A stretch of DNA of 8,767 nucleotides from Octopus sinensis (Eukaryota), in the NCBI RefSeq assembly GCF_006345805.1, contig NW_021828293.1, positions 1 to 8,767 on the forward strand. Direction: 5' to 3'. Position 1 is the stretch's first letter. Every line of letters begins with the position of its first letter. Made by a program: the position numbers and the translations under genes. Positions 1 to 7,208 of the stretch are shown here, one piece after another. The notes beneath the pieces were generated by a model. That model did not search any database. It was not told the origin of the DNA and was given only the letters and a program-made list of their open reading frames with translations.

Positions 1-300
1 TTGTGCAAGATAATTTGAGGATGACTGTTTTTTCCCGAAGCACACCTCACCTCTCCAATGATGTCTTGTGTTCCGGGACAACTTGAAGTTGCCCAAAGGA
101 AAGGCCGCCAACGTTGCCTAATTGAGCTTGGCACCGATATAATAGTCATCGTTGCTACCGGAATGCAAAGAGCCGCAACAAATACCATCAGGCAGCTCAC
201 TCAACTCTCTGTTCCGATTATCCACCTTCCGGGATAGGTACTATTTTTATCGACCCTGATAGGATAACGGCCAGGCTTGCCTCATCGGAATTTGAACTCG
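1..300 (-). mobile_element. 5'-truncated tRNA-type SINE-like fragment (B-box + central core, distinct 3' region running off the window start)
   Basis: 287-299 GGAATTTGAACTC is the reverse complement of a Pol III B-box (GAGTTCAAATTCC), identical to 4451-4463. 237-299 aligns with the core of the SINE at 4400-4463 (GGTACT..TTTATCGAC.CTGA.AGGAT...GGC). Homology ends abruptly at 300, with no A-box. The extent of the 3' region (1-236) is inferred from its higher GC content. Confidence 0.6.
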
Positions 301-412
301 TGTTTGTGTTTGTGTGTGTGTTTGTGTGTGTGCTTGTGTGTGTGTGTGTGCGTGTGTATGTGTGTGTGCGTGTGTGATTGTGTTTGTGCGTATGTATGCG
401 GTGTGTCTTTGT
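301..412. repeat. Imperfect (TG)n microsatellite
   Basis: Direct reading. It explains the spurious ORFs 218..427 and 314..499. Confidence 0.95.
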
Positions 413-419
413 ACCTGTT

Positions 420-615
420 TCCAGCAACTCTTGACAACCGATGCTGGTGTGATTAAGTACCGTAACTCAGTTGTTCGGCAAATGGTATTGATTTATTAAG
501 TAGCATGTTTAAGAAAAATAAGTACTATCGTCGATTCGTTCGACTAAAAATTCTTCAAGGTGGTGCCCCAGCATGGCCTCAGTCTGATGACTGAAACAAG
601 TAAAAGATTAAAGAT
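420..615 (+). mobile_element. 3' half of a SINE (octopus-type family with internal (TG)n tract), head missing
   Basis: CTTGACAACCGATGCTGGTGTG...GTAACT.AG..GTTCGGCAAA...GTCGATTCGTTCGACTAAAAATTCTTCAAGGTGGTGCCCCAGCATGGCC.CAGTC.GATGACTGAAACAAGTAAAAGA matches my recollection of an abundant cephalopod SINE 3' region. Terminal hairpin CAGTC/GACTG (580-593) and short tandem tail TAAAAGA-TTAAAGA. Family assignment is from memory. Confidence 0.55.
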
Positions 616-700
616 ATATTTATCCATGCATATTTGTGTATTCATGTATACAGCTAGTACATACATATATATTCATTATGCATATAAGCATATGCATGTA

Positions 701-722
701 TACATACATACATACATACATA
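701..722. repeat. (TACA)n microsatellite
   Basis: Direct reading. Confidence 0.9.
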
Positions 723-1334
723 CTCGATGTCAGTAAAATACCAGTAATACAATGGTTCATTACAATCAGTTACATTCTTTCAACAATGAATAGCCATGTT
801 CATATTGCAGTATGATGGATCAGTTCTGAATATCTATCTAACAAAAACAAATGTTTCAAGTGAACATGTTCCTTGAAAATTTCAGACCCAGAAATACAAT
901 TTGGAAGAAGAAATGCCTCTTCATTGTCGATCAACCTGCTAGAAATAGCAAACCAATTTCTTTCAAGTTACTGCCTACTGAATTTATAAAACGAGGAGAA
1001 GGTGAGATATGGATTATATAAGATTATGTTGATCTGAACATATTACATAACTAATAAACAAATATTGGATGGCTACGATTTGAACATATTTGAGTCTAAG
1101 TCTGGCGTAGTTGGGCTTTACCTGGGGTTAAACAACAACAAACGCGGCAAAAACAACAACAGGAATAGTATTGGTCATATATGGTTATTGAAATACTTTT
1201 CAAGAAGTGTGATATTTGTCCCAATGAGAAACACATTTGAAGCTGATTCGCATATTATAATCATTAATTTTTTTCTAATAAATATATAAACCACAAAATA
1301 ACGTGAGAAGAGTTACGTATACAGATAAACTTCC

Positions 1335-1394
1335 ATATATATATGCGCGTATACACACACACACACACAACACACACACACACACACACACACA
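1335..1394. repeat. (TA)n/(CA)n compound microsatellite
   Basis: Direct reading. Confidence 0.95.
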
Positions 1395-1518
1395 AAGAAA
1401 CAAACACGCATATGCTTCAAATATAAGGATACTTTTTTAAAACTTTATCAGTGGCCAGCGTATTAAAAATACCTTTAAAGGAGAAATTATAATTGAATTT
1501 ACAATTTATGATTATGTG

Positions 1519-1580
1519 TATATATATATATCTATATATATATATATATAATATATATATATATATATAATATTATATAT
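1519..1580. repeat. (TA)n microsatellite abutting the left arm of the palindrome
   Basis: Direct reading. Confidence 0.95.
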
Positions 1581-1620
1581 TTAGTGTAGGAAGAAATGTA
1601 GCTGAACGAAGATTTAACAA

Positions 1621-1727
1621 AATTCCTTTTTATTTTTTCTACATATGTTTCAAAGGCTGCAAAGTCCTAATTCGGATTGAATAAGGAGACCATTTTGCAG
1701 CCTTCTCTTCAGGAAGATACAGGAACT
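1621..1727 (-). ncRNA. Type I hammerhead ribozyme motif (left arm, minus strand)
   Basis: Minus-strand reading: CUGAAGA (1712-1706), helix II GAAGGCUGCAAA/UUUGCAGCCUUU, GAAAC (1651-1647), AUAU, GUA (1642-1640). Predicted cleavage between 1640 and 1639. Proximal helix I has two mismatches (AUCUUC/GAAAAA); distal helix I is AGUUCCU/AGGAAUU. Confidence 0.78.
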
Positions 1728-1823
1728 TAATTCTCCAAAACAAAATGCACATCAAACTTTTCGACACACGCTCGCGAGGAGCCCATGTGTCGAAAAGTTT
1801 GATGTGCATTGGTTGGGAGAATT

Positions 1824-1932
1824 AGTTCCTGGATCTTCCTGAAGAGAAGGCTGCAAAATGGTCTCCTTATTCAATCCGAATTAGGGACTTTGCAGCCTTT
1901 GAAACATATGTAGAAAATAATAAAAAGGAATT
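1824..1932 (+). ncRNA. Type I hammerhead ribozyme motif (right arm, plus strand)
   Basis: CUGAAGA 1839-1845; 12-bp helix II 1846-1857/1889-1900 (G.U closing pair); GAAAC 1901-1905; loop AUAU; GUA 1910-1912, predicted cleavage 1912/1913. Helix III region ACAUAUGU is palindromic, typical of minimal PLE-type hammerheads. Helix I AUCUUC/GAAAAU (5 of 6 pairs) plus distal AGUUCCU(1824-1830)/AGGAAUU(1926-1932). Confidence 0.85.
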
Positions 1933-1980
1933 TTGTTAAATCTTCATTCAGCTCCATTTCTTCCTACACTAAATATATAA

Positions 1981-2126
1981 ACTTCAAATTTCCGCACTAA
2001 GGCAAGGGCTTGAGACCCCATGGTCGTAACCTCACCGTGATTTTCTGTTGTGATTTTTGCTACCCAGTATCGGTTATCTTTTGAATAATCCGTAACCAAG
2101 ATAATTCATTTATCCATTTCAATAAA
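1981..2126 (+). other. Unpaired 3' extension of the right arm ending in AATAAA (likely remainder of the pseudo-LTR/tail)
   Basis: Non-repetitive, moderately GC-rich sequence continues from the right arm to AATAAA at 2121-2126, followed immediately by (TA)n. Membership in the element is inferred. Confidence 0.4.
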
Positions 2127-2432
2127 TATATATATTATATATATATACATACATACATACATACATACATACATACATACATACATACATACATACATAA
2201 AACATACATACATACATACATACATATGTATCTATGTATGTATATAGATGTATGTTTTTAAATGTACATATATACATATGTATATATATACACATATATA
2301 TATATACATATACATATATACATTTACATATAAATACTTAGATCTTATACACACACACACACACCCACACACACCACACCACATTATATATATATATACA
2401 TGCATACATATAAATACACATATACTTACATG

Positions 2433-2470
<38 letters not shown>
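2124..2470. repeat. Long compound (TA)n/(TACA)n/(CA)n microsatellite field
   Basis: Direct reading. It explains the spurious ORFs 2248..2487 and much of 2338..2577. Confidence 0.95.
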
Positions 2471-2474
<4 letters not shown>

Positions 2475-2590
2475 CCTGCTCGCTTAGCCAGCGGGGTGTC
2501 GTCATTCGAAGGCTAAAACAATGCGAACGCATTGTGACCAGCGATGTGTAACAACATCTGATGGTCTGGTCGGTCACGTGATCACGTGAT
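2471..2590. mobile_element. ~120-bp GC-rich, highly structured interspersed-repeat-like insert between (TA)n tracts
   Basis: Stems TTAGCC/GGCTAA (2484-2516), ACAATGCG/CGCATTGT (2518-2535), GACCAG/CTGGTC (2536-2571) enclosing GATGT/ACATC, and terminal 16-bp palindrome TCACGTGATCACGTGA (2574-2589). Class not determinable. Confidence 0.5.
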
Positions 2591-2715
2591 ATATATATAT
2601 AATATATATATATATATATAATTTCTCTCTCTCAACACACACACACCCACAGACATATACATGTTATCTGTCTGTCTGTTTTCTGTCTGTCTGTATGTAT
2701 GTATATTTGTGCGTA
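2588..2715. repeat. Compound (TA)n/(CT)n/(CA)n/(TCTG)n/(TATG)n microsatellite
   Basis: Direct reading. Confidence 0.9.
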
Positions 2716-2786
2716 TGTATGTATGCATGCATGTATTCAAAAGTTAGTAGTTAAAATAAATTAAGGTAACTGAATACATCCTAATC

Positions 2787-2983
2787 AGAATGCACTTATA
2801 GTGAACGATTAAGGATACAAAATTGACCTATCTGTTCGTCTCTAAAATGAACTGTTCTTTACTATCAAATATCCGTTGTCAATGTGTTTATCAGCAAAGC
2901 ACTAATCGGCAGTGACTCCATGTTAATTAGTTAAATAGCCTAATGCATTCAGCAAGAAAACTGCTCACCGAAAGCACGTACTA
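2787..2983 (+). repeat. Left arm of ~197-bp long-range inverted repeat
   Basis: Reverse complement of 3892-4088. 2787-2891 is identical over 105 bp; 2892-2983 is about 86% identical (manual count about 13 mismatches in 92 bp). Confidence 0.95.
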
Positions 2984-3044
2984 CTTTTTACTTACATCGT
3001 ATTTTCTTGTTTTGATAGGAGAGAACTGTGTGTATTTAGATACT

Positions 3045-3102
3045 GAGCGAGTTAGAGAGAAAGAGAGGGGGGTAGGGAGAGAAAAAGAGGGCGAGAGAAA
3101 GA
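3045..3102. repeat. Polypurine (GA)-rich tract
   Basis: Direct reading. Confidence 0.8.
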
Positions 3103-3153
3103 TACAAACAAATTTATTTTTGTCAAGCGAATAAGAAGGTACAAAGTTTGTTG

Positions 3154-3226
3154 AAACTGAGTGTTTACCTCGCTACTCGAGTTTCATGTTACCACCCTCT
3201 TCAGGCGAGAACTTGCCTCTCAGTTT
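3154..3226 (-). ncRNA. Type I hammerhead ribozyme motif, second family, helix II partly degenerate
   Basis: Minus strand: AAACUGAG..UUCUCGC CUGAAGA GGGUGGUAACAU GAAAC UCGA GUA GCGAG..CUCAGUUU. Helix I CUCGC/GCGAG plus distal 8-bp AAACUGAG/CUCAGUUU; palindromic helix III ACUCGAGU; predicted cleavage between 3174 and 3173. Helix II has one G-A mismatch. Confidence 0.75.
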
Positions 3227-3235
3227 GGTGTGTAT

Positions 3236-3242
3236 ATTTATA
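3236..3242 (-). promoter_or_regulatory. TATA-like box (TATAAAT) just upstream of the hammerhead
   Basis: Minus-strand GTATAAATA about 10 nt upstream of the ribozyme's distal helix I. The position fits a pseudo-LTR, but the motif is common in AT-rich DNA. Confidence 0.3.
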
Positions 3243-3739
3243 CTGGCTAGTGTTGTTGCGATTTTTGGTTTGTTCACTGCTTGCACAGAGTATGTCATTT
3301 GGTTTGATTTATCATCTGCTGTTTTGATGTAATTTTGTAGCATCTTCATTGGTTATTGTGCTTGTGGCCTGGTGTTTACTTTCCATGAATTTTTGAAGTG
3401 AGACGTGCTTTTAAATGGTTTTTGTTGTTATATTTTTAGTGTTTATTTTTATTTTGTCAGAAAAATCTTGAAGGCCGTCAATAAAACACGTTGGCATCCC
3501 CTCCAACTTCTTTAAAATCTAACCTTGATCACAACAAAATTCACCACAACTAAACCAATGAACCAATATTGACAAACACAATACAGTACACACGAAAAAC
3601 AAAATTGACCCAAAGTATTCAAATAGCTGTAATAGCGAAAATTTATTCACGTTGCACATGATTTATCTCCCTTTACGAGTGTCTCCGAGAAAGATGTGGA
3701 TGCTACACACTTTCATACTCCTCCATATAATTTTGTACT

Positions 3740-3849
3740 AATGTACCAACAATTTTGAGGGAAAGGAGTACATTTATTGAATCAACCTCTATGCTTAACT
3801 GTACTCATTTTATGGGCCCTGAAACGATAAAAAGCAAAGCCGACCTCGG
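3740..3849 (-). mobile_element. Old, headless fragment of the tRNA-SINE family seen at 4304-4535
   Basis: CAATTTTGAGGGA...AACTGTACTCATTTTAT...CCCTGAAACGATAAAAAGCAAAGCCGACCTCGG aligns with 4340-4451 with many substitutions. Confidence 0.7.
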
Positions 3850-3891
3850 ACGTATCTACGATCCTACTAGCCATCTCACCACTTTCATCAA

Positions 3892-4088
3892 TAGTACGTG
3901 CCTTCGCTGAGCAGTTTTCTTACTGAATGCATTATGCAATTTAACAATTTAAGATGAAGTCACCACCGATTAGTACTTTGCTAATAAACACATTGACAAC
4001 GGATATTTGATAGTAAAGAACAGTTCATTTTAGAGACGAACAGATAGGTCAATTTTGTATCCTTAATCGTTCACTATAAGTGCATTCT
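3892..4088 (-). repeat. Right arm of ~197-bp long-range inverted repeat
   Basis: Reverse complement of 2787-2983; 3984-4088 is identical to 2787-2891. The outer end abuts the SINE starting at about 4086. Confidence 0.95.
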
Positions 4089-4298
4089 TGCTACTTTTTT
4101 CCACAAGGCCAGCAATTTTGAGAGGATTGATAAGTCGATTACATCATCCCCACTGCCCAACTGGTTCTTATTTTATCGATACCTTAAGGAAGAAAAGAAA
4201 TGCTGACTTCGTCAGAATTTGACTTCAAAACGTAAAGACGGACGAAATGCTACTAAATCTTTTATCCGACATGCTAAGCATTCTGCCAGCTCGTCGCC
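4086..4298 (-). mobile_element. tRNA-derived SINE copy A (diverged)
   Basis: Colinear with 4325-4535. A-box region TGGCAGAATG on the minus strand (about 4279-4288), degenerate B-box AGAATTTGACTTC (about 4215-4227). Confidence 0.85.
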
Positions 4299-4303
4299 AT
4301 AGA

Positions 4304-4535
4304 ACAACAATAACAATAATAATGATTTCAAATTTTGCCTCAAGGGCAGTAATTTTGAGGGAGAAGACAAGTCGATTAGATCGACTCTAGTACTCAACTG
4401 GTACTTAATTTATCGACTCTGAAAGGATGAAAGGCAAAGTCGACCACGGCGGAATTTGAACTCAGAACGTAGCGACGGGTGAAATGTCGTTAAGCATTTC
4501 GTCCAGCGTGCTAACGATTCTGCCAGTTTACCGCC
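4304..4535 (-). mobile_element. tRNA-derived SINE copy B (near full length) with (TTA)n tail
   Basis: Minus strand GGCGGTAAACTGGCAGAATCG (A-box TGGCAGAATCG, 4525-4515), B-box GAGTTCAAATTCC (4463-4451), core GCCTTTCATCCTTTCAGAGTCGATAAATTAAGTACC, hairpin AGTCGAT.TA.ATCGACT region, tail in the AAT/AAC repeats at 4304-4323. Confidence 0.9.
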
Positions 4536-4536
4536 A

Positions 4537-4537
<1 letters not shown>

Positions 4538-4589
<52 letters not shown>

Positions 4590-4626
4590 ATTTAATATAA
4601 TAAAATACTTAATAATAATACTTAAT

Positions 4627-4660
<34 letters not shown>
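4538..4660. repeat. (TAA)n microsatellite, 5' flank/target of the Dong/R4-type element
   Basis: Direct reading, interrupted by ATACTTAATTTAAT units. Confidence 0.95.
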
Positions 4661-7125
4661 TGGTCGGCGAAACGAACAGCCAAAAAAAGGAGTATGAAAA
4701 ATAACAAACTCGGCATCTGAACAACTTTGGACCCCCATAACAACTGAAGAGGTCACCCAGGCACTGCAAAAACTAAGCAACTGGAAGGCACCTGGGCATG
4801 ACAAGATTCCCAACTTGGTGAAATATCTAAACAGGAATGCACAAAAAGCTGGCTGAAAACTTAACAGCATACTAGCAGAGCCAGAGACAATGCCTGATGG
4901 CTCACGAAGGGGAAAACCATCTTAATTCCCAAATCAAATGAAACAACAAAACCAGAAAACTACAGACCAATAACCTGCCTCCCTACTATGTTCAAGGCAT
5001 TTACTGCAGTGATATCGCAAAGGCTGAACAAGCACCTGGACGAAAACAAACTGTTCCAGAAGAGCAGAAAGGATGCCGCAAGGGCTCATATGGCTGTAAA
5101 GATCAACTAATGATTAATAAAGCCGTAACTGAAGACAGCACAGAAAGAAGAAAGGCCTCAGTATGGCCTGGATGACTACAAAAAGGCGTTTGATAGCAAC
5201 CCCACACATGGATCCTCGAAACACTAGCCATTACAAAGTAGCACCAACAATCATAAAATTCATAGAGCACTCTATGAATAATGGCAAACAGTCCTACACC
5301 TCCAAACAAAAGAGGGACTCATGAAAACCAAGACATCCCCATTAGAAGAGGAATATTCCAGGGAGACACGCTCTCTCCACTCCTTTTCTGCTTGGCACTG
5401 TCACCTCTATCTGATATGCTAAATAGAACTGGATGCGGATATAAATGTTACGGCAAAACGATCAGCCACCTTTTATATATGGATGACCTAAAACTATACG
5501 CTGCAAATGACAAACAGCTGGAAACACTATTAAAGACAGTTCATGGATTTACCAAAGAAATAGATGTGAAATTTGGATTAGAAAAATGCGCCAAAGTAAC
5601 CATGAAAAGAGGAAAACTAGTTAAGAGTAACAACATCACACTAGATAAAACCAATGAAATAAAAGAATTAGACCAAAGCCAAACTTACAAATACTTAGGA
5701 ATCCTTGAACTAGATAAGACACAACACACACAAATGAAAGAGAAAATAAAAAAAGAATATTATAGACGAGTTAGATCAATACTAAAAACAGAGCTCAATG
5801 CTAAAACAAGATAATAGGTATCAACACTTTAGCTGTCCCAGTTATAAGTTACAGCTACAATATCCTTAACTGGACACGAAATGAACTGTCCAAAATAGAT
5901 AGGAAAACAAGAAAAATACTGACAGGATCTAGGATGCATCACCAAAATCTGACATAGAAGACTATATATACAACGTATAGAAGGTGGTAGAGGCCTTATA
6001 CAGCTGGAAAACTACTATAAAAACCACCATAGGACTGCAAAAATACCTACTTCAGAAGGAAGGAAAACTGATCCAGATAGCAGCAAAACACGAGCAAAAC
6101 AAAAAAACTGTTCTCAGTATTTAAGGAAGCTGACAAATACAAACAAGAAATCATACCACCTAATAACACAAAGAGAAGAAGAAGATGATGAAGAGAAACA
6201 ACAAAAGCTATAAAACAAATGAAATCCAAACTAAAAATAGAACAGCAACGAACCATGATAAAACGATGGCAAGAAAAAGCCCTTCATGGTAAATACTGCA
6301 CTAAACTAAACGCAAAAGAAATGACAAAGAAAAATCCCAGCAATGGTTGAGAAGCTCAGGACTCAAGCAGAAACAGAGGGATTTTTAATTGCAGCACAAG
6401 ACCAAAGCCTCCCCACCAGAAATTACCAAAAACATGTAATGAAAAGAAATATTACAAGTAACTGCAGAATATGTGGAGATGGACAAGAAACAATAAATCA
6501 TATTATCTCTAGCTGCCCAGTCCTGGCTAAGAAGGAAATATCACAGACATGACAGAGTTGGAACCTACATACATTGGAAGCTATGCCAACATATGGAATA
6601 ACAACAGAAAAAAGATGGTATAGGCACACCACCAGAAAAGGTCACAGAAAACGAGAAAGCAACCATACTCTGGGATATGCCGATACACACAGATAGAGAA
6701 ATTAAGGCCAACAGACCAGATATAGTTGTCAGAGATCATGAAGAAAAAAAATGCTTTCTAATTGATGTATCAATACCGGCAGATGACAACGTGTCTCTAA
6801 AAGAAATGGAGAAACTCTCAAAATACAAAGACCTGGAAATAGAGGTAACTAGAATGTGGAACCTGAAAACAGAAACAATTCCTATCATAGTAGGGGCATT
6901 AGGCATGATAAAAAAATATTCAGACAAATACATAACAAAAACACCAGGACTTACAAAACACATATAACATACAGAAATTGCACTACAGGCACTGCACACA
7001 TCCTACGCAGAACACTTTCCATACAATAACCATCAGAGCATCACAACAAATCACAGCACAACCCAAGGCACACAGAGCTGCGCTCGGTAGTGAAGTGAAA
7101 GCACGCTATAAAAATAAAACTACTG
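4661..7125 (+). mobile_element. 5'-truncated R4/Dong-type non-LTR retrotransposon (element 1) inserted in (TAA)n
   Basis: RT, CCHC knuckle and C-terminal restriction-like endonuclease in the order typical of the R2-superfamily R4/Dong clade. About 95-bp 3'UTR with AATAAA (7113-7118), flanked on both sides by (TAA)n, the known Dong target. Confidence 0.88.
4690..7029 (+). pseudogene. Frameshifted ORF of element 1: reverse transcriptase + CCHC zinc knuckle + PD-(D/E)xK-type (REL) endonuclease
   Basis: Read across frames: SNWKAPGHDKIPN, ENYRPITCLPT, DYKKAFDS, GIFQGDTLSPLLF, YMDD (5476-5487), KFGLEKC, YKYLG, GGRGL, ETEGFLIAAQDQ, CRICGDGQETINHIISSC (6463-6516), RPDIVV..LIDVSIP..EKLSKY, IVGALG, LRRTLSIQ* (stop 7027-7029). 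ORF-track pieces 5281..5814, 6343..6552 and 6677..6967 are fragments of it. Confidence 0.92.
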
Positions 7126-7129
7126 AATA

Positions 7130-7176
<47 letters not shown>

Positions 7177-7208
7177 TATAATAATAATAATGATAATAAT
7201 AATAATAA
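7126..7208. repeat. (TAA)n tail/target between elements 1 and 2
   Basis: Direct reading. Confidence 0.95.

Larger units (their letters stand above)
1573..1980. repeat. ~408-bp near-perfect palindrome (inverted pseudo-LTR pair of a Penelope-like or retrozyme-like element)
   Basis: 1573-1768 is the reverse complement of 1786-1980 with about 10 substitutions/indels (about 95% by manual alignment). The centre contains self-complementary CTCGCGAG (1771-1778). Both arms carry a hammerhead motif. The PLE assignment is inferred from the ribozyme type and inverted arrangement. Confidence 0.92.

Noticed and set aside
1-237. Roughly 60-codon open frames on both strands near the window start
   Set aside because: No recognisable motif; the region continues from a SINE core. 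An exon cannot be fully excluded but is unsupported.
218-499. ORFs 218..427 (-) and 314..499 (+)
   Set aside because: Translations of the (TG)n microsatellite (TH/CV repeats).
584-602. CTGATGA-CT-GAAAC-AA-GTA resembling a hammerhead core
   Set aside because: Only 2 nt between CUGAUGA and GAAA (no helix II) and no helix I pairing (CAGU vs AAAG); better explained as the SINE terminal hairpin CAGTC/GACTG.
1065-1289. 74-aa ORF (also 2943..3134 and 4212..4397)
   Set aside because: Short, non-ATG or low-complexity, overlapping repeats, with no domain signature.
925-1510. Segments (about 925-1035 and 1395-1510) that feel like further interspersed-repeat remnants
   Set aside because: No second copy or diagnostic motif within the window; only vague recollection, so not annotated.
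2248-2577. ORFs 2248..2487 (+) and 2338..2577 (-)
   Set aside because: Low-complexity YI/TH translations of microsatellites.
2536-2590. Possible HDV-like ribozyme (GACCAG/CTGGTC stem followed by GG and a hairpin)
   Set aside because: No P3/L3 with the CC needed for P1.1 and no P2 partner found.
3410-3480. Minus-strand DGLQDF.. peptide reminiscent of a PLE GIY-YIG C-terminus
   Set aside because: Too short and no upstream continuation; indistinguishable from chance.
4451-4535. Possible tRNA gene (A-box and B-box)
   Set aside because: No acceptor stem or cloverleaf; multiple decayed copies with core and tail indicate a SINE head.
4744-4750. CTGAAGA motif (another at 5129-5135)
   Set aside because: Both lie in RT coding sequence (TEE/TED codons) with no matching helix II, GAAA..UH or helix I.
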